This document shows positions 17,020-26,900 of a DNA stretch of 64,000 nt, one piece after another. A program made the translations under genes and the position numbers. Position 1 is the first letter of the stretch; each line of letters opens with the position of its first letter. The DNA comes from Candidatus Eiseniibacteriota bacterium (GTDB taxonomy: Bacteria; Eisenbacteria; RBG-16-71-46), in NCBI GenBank assembly GCA_016215625.1, contig JACRIW010000042.1, positions 3,463 to 67,462 on the forward strand. The letters run 5' to 3'. Below the pieces are notes generated by a model that saw only the letters and a program-made list of their open reading frames with translations, ran no database searches and was not told the origin of the DNA.

Positions 17020-19698
17020 ATGGCCCTGACCGCCGGCGACAAGCTGGGCCCCTACGAGATCGTCGCGCCCCTCGGCGCGGGGGGCATGGGAGAGGTGTAT
17101 CGCGCGCGCGACACGCGGCTCCATCGCGAGGTCGCGCTCAAGGTCCTGCCCACGGCGTTCGCGCAGGATCCCGAGCGCATCGCGCGCTTCGAGCGCGAAG
17201 CCAAGCTGCTCGCCTCGCTCAACCACCCGCACATCGGCGCGCTGTACGGACTCGAGGAGTCCGAGGGCCGCCGCGTGCTCGTGCTCGAGCTGGTCGCGGG
17301 CGAGTCGCTCGCCGAGCGGCTCCGCCGCGGACCGATGCCGCTCGACGAGGCGCTGCCGATCGCCTGCCAGATCGCGAGCGCGCTCGAAGCGGCGCACGAG
17401 AGCGGCGTCGTGCATCGCGACCTGAAGCCGGGCAACGTCATGCTGCGGCCCGACGGCACGATCAAGGTGCTCGACTTCGGACTCGCCAAGGGCGGCGCGG
17501 GAGATCCCAAGTCTTCCGATCCGCAGCTGTCGGCGTCGCCCACGATGACCTACGCCGCGACGCAGGCGGGCGTGATCCTCGGCACGGCCGCGTACATGAG
17601 TCCCGAGCAGGCGCGCGGCCGCGCGGTGGACCGCCGCAGCGACATCTGGTCGTTCGGTTGCGTGCTGCTCGAACTGCTCACGGGCCGTCCGGCGTTCGCG
17701 GGCGAGACCGTGTCCGACACGCTCGCGTCCATCCTCAAGAGCGAGCCCGACTGGATCACGCTGCCCGCGGGGACGCCGAGGCGCGTGAGCGAGCTGCTCC
17801 GGCGCTGCCTGCGCAAGGACCCGGCATCGCGACTGCGCGACGCGGGCGACGCGCGCATCGCACTGGAAGAGATCCTCGCGTCGCCGGAGGCGGACGACAC
17901 GCCGGTGAACGCGACGGCAGCCCCGGCCGTCCCGGGCGTACCTCGCGGAGCGCTCGCGCTGGTCGGCGCCGTCGCCGTCGCGGCGCTCGCGTTCGCGGGC
18001 TGGACCGCGTGGCGCAGTTCGGCCGAGCGAAGCGACGTGACGCCGATGCGGTTCGCCCTCCAGGCGCCCGCCGCCGTGACGCCCACTCACTCGATCGAAG
18101 CGTTCGCGATCTCGCCCGACGGCACCGGGGTCGCGTTCGTCGGCCAGGATTCTCTCGGGAACTCGTCCATCTGGCTCCGCAAGCTCGACGCGCTGGTCCC
18201 GGTGCAGGTGCCGAACACCGAGAACGCGTTCGGGCTGTTCTGGTCGCCCGACAGCAGGCAAATCGCATTCTTCACCGACGGCAAGCTCAAGACGGTCGCG
18301 CTCGCCGGCGGCGTCGTGCGCACGTTGTGCGATGCGCCCGATCCGCGCGGTGCGAGCTGGGGGAGCAAGGGCACGATCGTGCTGGCGCCCGCCGCGACGG
18401 GACCGCTCTACGCGGTGAGCGCCGACGGTGGTGAGCCGACGGTGGCCGTCGAGATGGACACGACGAAGCGGGAGAACAGCCTTCGCTATCCGGTCTTCAT
18501 GCCGGACGGCGAACATCTCCTGTTCGTGGCGCTGCCCCGGCTCCAGGCGTCGTACTCCGTCGTCATGACCCAGCTCGGCTCGAAGTCGCGTCACGACGTG
18601 ATGACCGCCGATGCCGCGCCGGCCTGGGCGGGCACCGGACACGTCATCACGACGCTGCACGACCGCCTCGTCGCCATCCCGATGGACCCGAAGAGCGGCA
18701 AGGTGAACGGCAAGCCCGTGGACCTCGGTGAGGCGCCGCTCCTGCTGGCGCACGACGGCTGCCCCGCGGTGTCGGCCTCGAACGACGGTACGCTCGCATT
18801 CACGAGCGGCTCGCTCGCGAACACCGAGCTCGTGTGGATCGATCGCTCCGGTCATCGCATCGGGACGATCCCCGTGCCGGTCGGCCGCTGGGAAACTTTC
18901 GCGATCTCGGCCGACGGCAAACGGCTCGCGGTGGGCAAGCGGCTGTCCGCGAGCGAGACGAAACTCTGGACCGTGGATCTCGCGACCGGCCAAGGTGGCC
19001 CGCTGGCGGACATCGCGCCGCAGGCGAGCATCGCGTGGTCGCCCGACGGCAGGATGCTCGCGTACCAGAAGCTCGCCGAGGGCATGGGACAGATCTTCCT
19101 CGGGCCCGCGAACGGCGGGGAAGAGCGGCGGTTGGTTCCTCCTCCCGCGATGTTCGAGAACCTCTGGACGTGGTCGCCCGACGGCAAGCTCGTCTTCTTC
19201 AGCCAGCCGACTCCGGGGAAGAACTGGGATGTCTGGTCTGCGCCGGTGGACGGCTCGAGCCCGCCGCAGCGTGTCGTCTCGACCGTGGCCAACGAGAATG
19301 GCGCTGCGCTGTCCCCCGACTCGCGCTGGATGCTCTACACGTCGGACGAATCCGGCCGCACGGCGGCTTACGTGCGTTCCTATCCGTCGGGCGACGAACG
19401 CCGGCAGCTGGGTGCGCTCGGGCTCGGAGCGACGACGACCAACTACTTCCTCGACTGGTCGCGCGACGGGCGCGAGATCCTCGTGGCGTCCGACGAAGTC
19501 GTGAGCTACCCGGCGACACTCACGCCCGAACTGCGGCTCGGCGCGCCCCGCCGCCTGTTCACGATGCCGAGCGGCTCGATCTCGTTCTGGCCCGCGCCGG
19601 GCTACCAGCGCTTCCTCGTCAGCCGGCCGCTCGAGAACGCGGCCCCGCCCCAGCTCACCGTGCTGTCGGGCTGGTGGTCGGCGCTGAAGAAGAAGTAG
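17020..19698 (+). CDS. Receptor Ser/Thr kinase: Hanks kinase - TM - PD40 beta-propeller (K3)
   Basis: The ATG lies 4 nt after the K2 stop, and its SD (GGAAGGAAG) is inside the K2 3' end. Starts MALTAGDKLGPYEIVAPLGAGGMGEVYRARD. Motifs VALKVL, HRDLKPGNV, DFGLA. TM segment ALALVGAVAVAALAFAGW. PD40 motifs AISPDGTGVAF, FWSPDSRQIAF, AWSPDGRMLAY, ALSPDSRWMLY. Confidence 0.93.
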   Translation: MALTAGDKLGPYEIVAPLGAGGMGEVYRARDTRLHREVALKVLPTAFAQDPERIARFEREAKLLASLNHPHIGALYGLEESEGRRVLVLELVAGESLAERLRRGPMPLDEALPIACQIASALEAAHESGVVHRDLKPGNVMLRPDGTIKVLDFGLAKGGAGDPKSSDPQLSASPTMTYAATQAGVILGTAAYMSPEQARGRAVDRRSDIWSFGCVLLELLTGRPAFAGETVSDTLASILKSEPDWITLPAGTPRRVSELLRRCLRKDPASRLRDAGDARIALEEILASPEADDTPVNATAAPAVPGVPRGALALVGAVAVAALAFAGWTAWRSSAERSDVTPMRFALQAPAAVTPTHSIEAFAISPDGTGVAFVGQDSLGNSSIWLRKLDALVPVQVPNTENAFGLFWSPDSRQIAFFTDGKLKTVALAGGVVRTLCDAPDPRGASWGSKGTIVLAPAATGPLYAVSADGGEPTVAVEMDTTKRENSLRYPVFMPDGEHLLFVALPRLQASYSVVMTQLGSKSRHDVMTADAAPAWAGTGHVITTLHDRLVAIPMDPKSGKVNGKPVDLGEAPLLLAHDGCPAVSASNDGTLAFTSGSLANTELVWIDRSGHRIGTIPVPVGRWETFAISADGKRLAVGKRLSASETKLWTVDLATGQGGPLADIAPQASIAWSPDGRMLAYQKLAEGMGQIFLGPANGGEERRLVPPPAMFENLWTWSPDGKLVFFSQPTPGKNWDVWSAPVDGSSPPQRVVSTVANENGAALSPDSRWMLYTSDESGRTAAYVRSYPSGDERRQLGALGLGATTTNYFLDWSRDGREILVASDEVVSYPATLTPELRLGAPRRLFTMPSGSISFWPAPGYQRFLVSRPLENAAPPQLTVLSGWWSALKKK

Positions 19699-19738
19699 GC
19701 ACGCCGCGCGATCCCTCACCGTTCGTCGGAGGACCTTC

Positions 19739-22516
19739 ATGTCGCTGACTCCCGGCCGTTCGCTCGATCACTACGTTCTCGTCGAAACCATCGGCGAGGG
19801 CGGCATGGGCGTGGTGTGGCGGGCCACCGACTCGAACCTCGGGCGAGACGTGGCGATCAAGGTGCTGCCTTCGGTGTTCGCGGACGATCCCGAGCGCATG
19901 GCACGCTTCGAGCGCGAGGCGCGGCTGCTCGCGTCGCTCAACCATCCCGGCATCGCTTCGATCTACGGCGTCGGCTCGAGCGAGGGCGTTCGCTTCCTCG
20001 CCATGGAGCTCGTGCAGGGTGACGACCTCGCGGTGCGCCTTTCGCACGGCGCGATACCGATCGTGGAGGCGCTCGAGTACGCGCGCCAGATCGCCGCGGC
20101 GCTCGAGGCCGCGCACGAGAAGGGCGTCATCCACCGCGACCTGAAGCCCGCGAACGTGAAGGCCACACCCGACGGACAGGTCAAGCTGCTCGACTTCGGC
20201 CTCGCCAAGGCGCTCGAGTCCGAGCCCGAGCCCGGCCGTTCTTCGCAGATGTCGCATTCGCCGACGCTCACGAGCCCCATGACCGGAGCGAATGTGATCC
20301 TCGGCACCGCGGCCTACATGAGCCCCGAGCAGGCGCGCGGCAAGGTGGTGGATCGGCGCGCCGACATCTGGGCGTTCGGCTGCGTGCTGTTCGAGTGCCT
20401 GACCGCGACGCGTGCCTTCGAGGGCGAGACGGTCTCGGACACGCTCGCGAAGATCCTCGAGCGCGAGCCCGACCTGTCGCGCCTGCCGGCCGCGACGCCC
20501 GCGCGCGTGCGCGAACTGATCCAGCGTTGCCTCGCCAAGGACGCGCGCGTCCGGCTGCGCGACATCGGCGACGCGCGCATCGTGCTCGACGAAGTGCTCG
20601 CCACGCGGACGAGTTCCGGGCAACTGCCGATCGCGCACGCCGCGGAAACCGCAGCGGGAAGCAGCCGCGGCTCGCGCTTCTCGCCGATCGGAGTCGTCGC
20701 CGCGCTCGTCGCCGGCGCGGCGATCGGCGCCGCGCTCTGGGGCGCGCTCGCTCCCCGTGGGCGCCACGCGACCGCCGACGCACCCACGTGCCTCTCGATC
20801 GCGCTGCCCGCCGCGATGCAGATCATGGACACGGCGATCACGCCCGACGGCGGCACGGTCGTTCTGCAGGCGCGCCCCGTCGTGGCGGACGGTGCCACAC
20901 CGGCCGAACCCAGCCTCTTCACGCGCGCGATCGGCTCTTACGAGCTCAAGGAACTTCCGGGCACTTCGACCGCGCTCGCCTTCACCCTCGATGCCGACAG
21001 CCGGAACGTGACCTTCCTCGCGCCCGTTTCGCCGGGGGCGTCGCAGCTGAGAGTGAGCCGCATGCCGCTCGACGGCAGCGCGCCCGCGACGGCCGTCGTG
21101 GATTGGAAGCAGCCCTGGACCGGCCTCAAGCCGCTCGAGGGCGGCGACCTGCTCGTGCGCGAAGGTCCCACGAGCTTCTTTCTCATCCCGCGCGGGGGAG
21201 GCACTCCCACGTCCACGCGGAAGATCGAATCGGGCGTGCAGGGCGTCAGCCGGTACGAGTTCAACGGTGGCCAGATCGCCGGTACCGCGAGCGTGTTCGT
21301 GAGCGTCATCGTGTACGACGCGAGAGGCTGGCATCACAGCGTCGGCGTGCTCGACACGAAGACGGGCAAGGCGAAGGTCGTCGAACCCGACGGCGGCAAC
21401 GCGTACTGGTCGCCGACGGGCCACATGGTGTTCTCTCGTGGCGACGACGTTCTCGCGGCGCCCTTCGACCCGCGCCGCATGGAAGTCCGCGGCCCGGCGG
21501 TGGCCGTCTGGAGCGGTCTCGCCGCTCCCGCGACGTTCTTGCCGGGAAAGTTCGAACTCACGAAGAGCGGGGCCTTGTTCTTCCGTCCGGGGCAGCTCGG
21601 AGCGGAGCGCCCGTTCGTGACCGTGGATGCCGCCGGGCAAATCGCGCCCTGGTCCGCCACGCCGCATCCGGTCGACTTCCAGATGTTCCTCTCTCGCGAC
21701 GGACGCCGGCTCGCCACGCAGAGCATCAACGCCCGGGGGATCGACGAACTCTGGGTGTCGTCGGTGGATCACGACGATTTCGTGCGCGTGCCCACCGAGC
21801 CGAACGCGGACGCATTCTTTCCCGTGTGGTCGCCGGACGGACGGCAACTGGCCTATCGCCGTCTCGCGCGCGACGGCAAGGACGGCGTCTACGTCGTGAA
21901 CATCGAGACAGGCGAGTCGCAACTCGTCCTGAAGACTCCCGGAGCGAGCGACTACTACGACCCCAACTCCTGGGCGAGCGACGGCAGTGGGATCACCCTG
22001 ACGCACAATGTCAACGGCATCGTCACCGTCTGCTTCCTGCCGGCCAGCGCCGGCGGCGAGTGGGGAACACCGAAGCCGCTGCCGCTGGGAGAAGGACGGA
22101 GCTTCCTGCCGCTCCTTTCGCCGGACGCGCGAACCCTCGCGTTCCAGAGCGACCGCGACGGCAAGGTGCAGAGCTACGTCGTCGCGTTCCATGGCGGCGA
22201 GGTGAGTGGTCCCGTGATTCGGGTACGCACGCAGGGAAGCGACTGGCATCAGTGGTCCGCCGACGGCCGTGCGCTCTACGTCCTGGACGATCGCCGGCAC
22301 CTCGTGAAGGTGCCCGTGACGAGCGGCTCGCCGCCGAGCGTGGGAGCCGCGACGGAGTATGCCGATGTCGGCAAGGCCCAAGGTGCTTTCTGGATGGTTC
22401 GACCGGACGGGAGCGTGCTCGTCGGCCAGAAGAACGCCAACGAGAAGGACGCGACGCAGATGAACCTCGTGCTCGGCTGGTCGTCGGTGCTGACGAGGAA
22501 GCCAGCGGCGAAGTAG
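19739..22516 (+). CDS. Receptor Ser/Thr kinase: Hanks kinase - TM - PD40 beta-propeller (K4)
   Basis: GGAGGA SD. Starts MSLTPGRSLDHYVLVETIGEGGMGVVWRATD. Motifs VAIKVL, HRDLKPANV, DFGLAKA. TM segment IGVVAALVAGAAIGAALWGAL. PD40 motifs VWSPDGRQLAY, LLSPDARTLAF. Confidence 0.93.
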   Translation: MSLTPGRSLDHYVLVETIGEGGMGVVWRATDSNLGRDVAIKVLPSVFADDPERMARFEREARLLASLNHPGIASIYGVGSSEGVRFLAMELVQGDDLAVRLSHGAIPIVEALEYARQIAAALEAAHEKGVIHRDLKPANVKATPDGQVKLLDFGLAKALESEPEPGRSSQMSHSPTLTSPMTGANVILGTAAYMSPEQARGKVVDRRADIWAFGCVLFECLTATRAFEGETVSDTLAKILEREPDLSRLPAATPARVRELIQRCLAKDARVRLRDIGDARIVLDEVLATRTSSGQLPIAHAAETAAGSSRGSRFSPIGVVAALVAGAAIGAALWGALAPRGRHATADAPTCLSIALPAAMQIMDTAITPDGGTVVLQARPVVADGATPAEPSLFTRAIGSYELKELPGTSTALAFTLDADSRNVTFLAPVSPGASQLRVSRMPLDGSAPATAVVDWKQPWTGLKPLEGGDLLVREGPTSFFLIPRGGGTPTSTRKIESGVQGVSRYEFNGGQIAGTASVFVSVIVYDARGWHHSVGVLDTKTGKAKVVEPDGGNAYWSPTGHMVFSRGDDVLAAPFDPRRMEVRGPAVAVWSGLAAPATFLPGKFELTKSGALFFRPGQLGAERPFVTVDAAGQIAPWSATPHPVDFQMFLSRDGRRLATQSINARGIDELWVSSVDHDDFVRVPTEPNADAFFPVWSPDGRQLAYRRLARDGKDGVYVVNIETGESQLVLKTPGASDYYDPNSWASDGSGITLTHNVNGIVTVCFLPASAGGEWGTPKPLPLGEGRSFLPLLSPDARTLAFQSDRDGKVQSYVVAFHGGEVSGPVIRVRTQGSDWHQWSADGRALYVLDDRRHLVKVPVTSGSPPSVGAATEYADVGKAQGAFWMVRPDGSVLVGQKNANEKDATQMNLVLGWSSVLTRKPAAK

Positions 22517-22619
22517 TCGCGGGCGCCGGCTCCCGGGCGACACGAGGAAGGCGCGCACGCTTGCCGGTCGCACGCCCTTGTGATGGACTCGCCGCTCCAC
22601 GTCCAACCCGAGGGTGCCC

Positions 22620-23936
22620 ATGTCCCGCTCCGCGTTCTTCGCGCTCGCCCTGACGGCGACGCTCGCATTCCCGCTCGCCGCGTTCGCCGACGATCACGCC
22701 GCGCATCTCGCCATCGGCGATCCCGCCCGCAAGGACCGCACGGTCGGCATCGTGCTCGACGGCATCACCGACTCCGCCACGGGCGACACGATCTCCGTGG
22801 CCGAACTGGCCGCGCGCCTCGACGGCGTGCGGCTGCTGTTCGTGGGTGAGAGCCACGTGGACATGGAGTTCCACCGCGTGCAGCTGCGCGTGCTGCAGGA
22901 ACTGCAGCGCCGCGGCCGCACCGTGATGATCGGGCTCGAGATGTACCCGGTCACCGAGCAGCAGTGGCTCGACCGCTGGTACGGCAACCGGAAGCTGACC
23001 GAGGAGCAGTTCCTCACCGAGTCGCGCTGGTACAAGAACTGGGGCTACCACTGGAACTACTACCGCGACATCTTCCTGTTCGCGCGCGAACACCGCGTGC
23101 GCATGTTCGGCGTGAACCTGCCGCGTGGTGCGGTCAGCACGATCCGCGCGAAGGGTTTCGATTCGCTCACCGTGGCTCAGCGCGCCATGCTGCCGCCGCG
23201 CATCGACCTCGAGAACGAGGAGCACAAGCGGCTCTTCCGCGCGTTCTTCGGTGACGAAGACGCGCTGCACGGCAACATGCCCGAGGGCATGTTCAACGGC
23301 ATGTTCCGCGCCCAGTGCGGCTGGGACGCGGCGATGGGCTGGAACGCGGTCCAGGCGCTGAAGAAGTACGGCGACGAGAAGTCCATCATGGTCGTGCTCA
23401 TCGGTTCGGGGCACGTGGCCTACGGCCTCGGGGCCGAGCGGCAGGTGAAGCCGTTCTTCGACGGCCGGATCGCCAGCGTGATCCCTTACGCGGTCGCCGA
23501 CGAACCCGGCGGCAAGCCGACGACGCACGTGCAGGCGTCGTACGCGAACTTCACGTGGGGCCTGCCGGCGTCCACCGATCCGATCTATCCGTCCACCGGC
23601 ATCTCGACCGCGGAAGCGAAGAGCGGCCCGCGGTACAAAGTGATCAACGTGGCCGAGGACTCGCCGGCCGCGGCGGCGGGCGTGAAGACGGGAGACGAAA
23701 TCATCTCGATCGACGGCGTGCTGGTGGACGAAAAGGAAACGTCCAACCGCTACATGTCCACCAAGCGTTGGGGCGACGACCTGCGCTACCGCCTGATGCG
23801 CGGCGGACAGGAAATCGAGCTCACGGTGCACCTGCGCCGCAAGCACAGCCAGCCGGAGCCGGACTCGAGCGCAGCGGCGCCGCAGGCGCCGCAGGCGCCG
23901 AAGGCTCCGGCCGCGCCGTCCGGAGGTAACAAGTGA
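22620..23936 (+). CDS. ChaN-family (haem-binding uptake/Tiki superfamily) protein with C-terminal PDZ domain
   Basis: ATG at 22620 after GAGGG (the track starts at GTG 22614). Signal peptide MSRSAFFALALTATLAFPLAAFA. ChaN-like LLFVGESHVDMEFHRVQLRVLQEL, IGLEMY, AQCGWDAAMGWN. PDZ-like VINVAEDSPAAAAGVKTGDEIISIDG. Confidence 0.85.
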   Translation: MSRSAFFALALTATLAFPLAAFADDHAAHLAIGDPARKDRTVGIVLDGITDSATGDTISVAELAARLDGVRLLFVGESHVDMEFHRVQLRVLQELQRRGRTVMIGLEMYPVTEQQWLDRWYGNRKLTEEQFLTESRWYKNWGYHWNYYRDIFLFAREHRVRMFGVNLPRGAVSTIRAKGFDSLTVAQRAMLPPRIDLENEEHKRLFRAFFGDEDALHGNMPEGMFNGMFRAQCGWDAAMGWNAVQALKKYGDEKSIMVVLIGSGHVAYGLGAERQVKPFFDGRIASVIPYAVADEPGGKPTTHVQASYANFTWGLPASTDPIYPSTGISTAEAKSGPRYKVINVAEDSPAAAAGVKTGDEIISIDGVLVDEKETSNRYMSTKRWGDDLRYRLMRGGQEIELTVHLRRKHSQPEPDSSAAAPQAPQAPKAPAAPSGGNK

Positions 23937-26900
23937 TGACGCTGCGCCGTGTGGCGTTCGCACTGCTGACGGCGCTCGCGCAGCCGGGCGCTGCGGCGGC
24001 CTCCACCGCGACGACGGCGCCGGCTCCAGCCGATGCGCACGTCCATCACGCGATGCATGTGACGCTCGATCCCCCGCGCGGCTGGCTCGAGGTGACCGAC
24101 ACGCTCACCGTGCCCGCCGCGTTCGTGAAGGACGGCTCGGCGGACTTCCTGCTGCACGGCGCGCTCGTCTTGAACAGCTCGACGCCTCCGGCGTCGCGAG
24201 TGCCGCTGCGTTCGGGTTCGCACGACGACGCCACGCGCTTCTTCGGCATCAATGCTTCGGACGCCGACCTCGACACCTCGCTCGCGCGCTGGCGCGTGAC
24301 GCTGCCGCCCGCCGGCGGGAGCGTGGTGCTGCACTACGCCGGACACTTCGACTTCGGACTGTCCGACGAGCGCGAGCAGTACACGCGCGGCTTCCGCCAG
24401 ACGATCGGCATCGTCTCGAAGGAGGGCGTGTACCTCGCGGGCGACGGGTTCTGGTACCCGCAGCTGAACCGCGGGCTCATGGGCGCGCGCGTGTCGGTCT
24501 CGATGCCCGACGGCTGGCAGGTGATCGCGCCCGGCAACGGACGCGCGCGCGACTCGGACGGCCAGGCGCGCTGGAACGTCGAAGGTGGGCTCGACGAGCT
24601 CACGCTCGTGGGCGGCCCGCTGCTCGAGTACCGCGAGAAGGCCGGAGCGATCGACGCGCTCGTCTACCTGCGCACCAAGGACGACGCGCTCGCCGCCAAG
24701 TACCTCGAAGCGACCGCGCAGTACCTGAAGATGTACGAGGACCTCATCGGCCCGTACCCGTACGGCAAGTTCGCGATGGTCGAGAACTTCTGGGAGACGG
24801 GCTACGGCATGCCGAGCTACACGCTGCTCGGGCCGCAGATCATCCGCTTCCCGTTCATCCTCACGTCGTCCTACCCGCACGAGATCCTGCACAACTGGTG
24901 GGGCAACTCGGTCTTCGTGGACTACGAGAGCGGCAACTGGTGCGAGGGGCTCACGGCCTACATGGCCGACCACCTGATCCAGGAACAGCGCGGCCGCGGC
25001 GCCGAGTACCGGCGCGACGCGCTGCAGAAGTACCGCAACTACGTGCGCGACGGCCGCGACCTCGCGCTGTCCGCGTTCCGCTCGCGTCACAGCGCGGCGA
25101 CCGAGGCCGTGGGCTACGGCAAGGCGCTCATGGTGTTCCACATGCTGCGCCAGCGTGTCGGTGACGACGCGTTCCGTCGCTGGGTGCGCACGTTCGACGA
25201 ACGCTTCCGTGGCAAGCAGGCGTCGTGGGCGGACGTCGAGTCCGTGTTCGAATCGGTGTCCGGCCTCGACCTGACGCGCTTCTTCGCCGATCACGTCACG
25301 CGCGTGGGCGCGGCGGAGTTGCGGCCCGAACGCGTGCAGGTGCGCGCTAGCGCGGACGGCTTCGAGATCACCGGCACGCTCGTGCAGGCCCAGAAGGGCG
25401 CGGCGCTCGAGCTGCACGTGCCCGTGCTCGTGCAGACTGCGAAGGGTAACGTCACGGACACCGTGCACTGCTTCACCGCACGCACGGCGTTCACGGTGCG
25501 AACGAAGACCCGCCCGCTCGCGCTTCCCGTGGATCCGGCGGCCGACGTGTTCCGCCTGCTCGATCCGCGGGAGACGCCGCCGTCGCTGGGGCAGGTGTTC
25601 GGGGATGCGCGCGTGCTGGCCGTGCTGCCCGCGAAGGCGAGCGCCACGGAGCAGGCCGCCTGGCGCACGATGGCCGAGAGCTGGCGCAGCGACGGCCACG
25701 CGATCGAGTTCGCGACCGACGCCGAAGTGAAGACGCTGCCCGCCGATCGCGCGGTGTGGCTGCTCGGCCGCGGCAACACGCTCGCGGCGTCGCGCTTCGC
25801 CGGAGGCGCCGACTTCGCCCTCACGCGCGACACCCTGCGCGTGGACGGCGAGGCGATGGCGATGACCGGACACTGCGGCGTGCTCGTGCGGCGTCATCCC
25901 GGTGCGGTCGAGAAGGCGATGGGCTGGATCTTCGCCGACGACATGGCGGCGCTGCCCGGACTGGGGCGGAAACTGCCGCACTACGGCAAGTACTCGGCGC
26001 TCGGCTTCGAGGGCACGGAGCCGGTGAACGTGCTCAAGGCCCAGTGGAGCGCGACGGACTCGCCGCTGCGCGTTGCGCTGCAGGCGTCCGCGCCGCAGCT
26101 GCCGCCGCTCACGCACCCCGCGCTCGCCGAGCTGCCGCCCGTGTTCTCGGAGCAGGCGATGCTCGACCGCGTGCGCTGGCTGGCCGCGCCCGAGCGCGAA
26201 GGCCGCGGCGTGGGCACGAAGGGCCTCGACGAATCGGCCGAGTGGATCGCGGCGCGCATGCGCGAGTTCGGGCTCGAGCCCGGCGGGGACAACGGCACGT
26301 ACTTCCAGGCTTTCACTACGACCAAGTCGCCGAACGGCCAGAGCGTGACGCTCCGCAACGTGATCGGCGTGCTGCGCGGTGCGGCGCCAGAGCGTGCCGG
26401 GCAGGCGGCGCTGCTCACGGCGCACTACGATCATCTCGGGCGCGGCTGGCCCGACGTGCACGCGGGCGACGCAGGCAAGGTGCACGCGGGCGCCGACGAC
26501 AACGCGAGTGGCGTCGCGGTGATGCTCGAGCTGGCGCGCGCGCTGGCGGCGGGAGAGAAGCCGCAGCGCACGATCGCGTTCATCGCGTTCACGGGCGAAG
26601 AATCCGGGCTGCAGGGTTCGCGGCACTACGTCGCGCATCCCGCGTTCGCGCTGGACAAGACCATCGGCGTCATCAACCTCGACACGGTCGGGCGGCTGTT
26701 CGGCAAGCGCGTCTCGGTGCTCGCCACCGGCACGGCCACCGAATGGCAGCACATCTTCCGCGGCGCCGGCTTCGTGACCGGCGTCGAGCCCCGGCTCGTG
26801 GCCGAGGCGCTCGAGTCTTCGGACCAGGTGAGCTTCATCGAGAAGGGCGTGCCCGCGGTGCAGATCTTCACCGAGCCGCACGTGGACTATCACCGCCCGA

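Noticed and set aside
16969-19740. Very long antisense ORFs. Examples: 16969..19740(-) 923 aa, 19655..22621(-) 988 aa, 23786..26893(-) 1035 aa, 57734..61315(+) 1193 aa, 3719..5956(-), 14073..16070(-), 34006..36219(-), 36141..38084(-), 48772..51072(-), 73..1269(+).
   Set aside because: All lie opposite genes with unmistakable domain signatures. Their translations are Arg/Ala/Gly/Pro/His-rich with no recognisable motifs. In DNA this GC-rich, stop codons are rare in every frame, so these are shadow ORFs.
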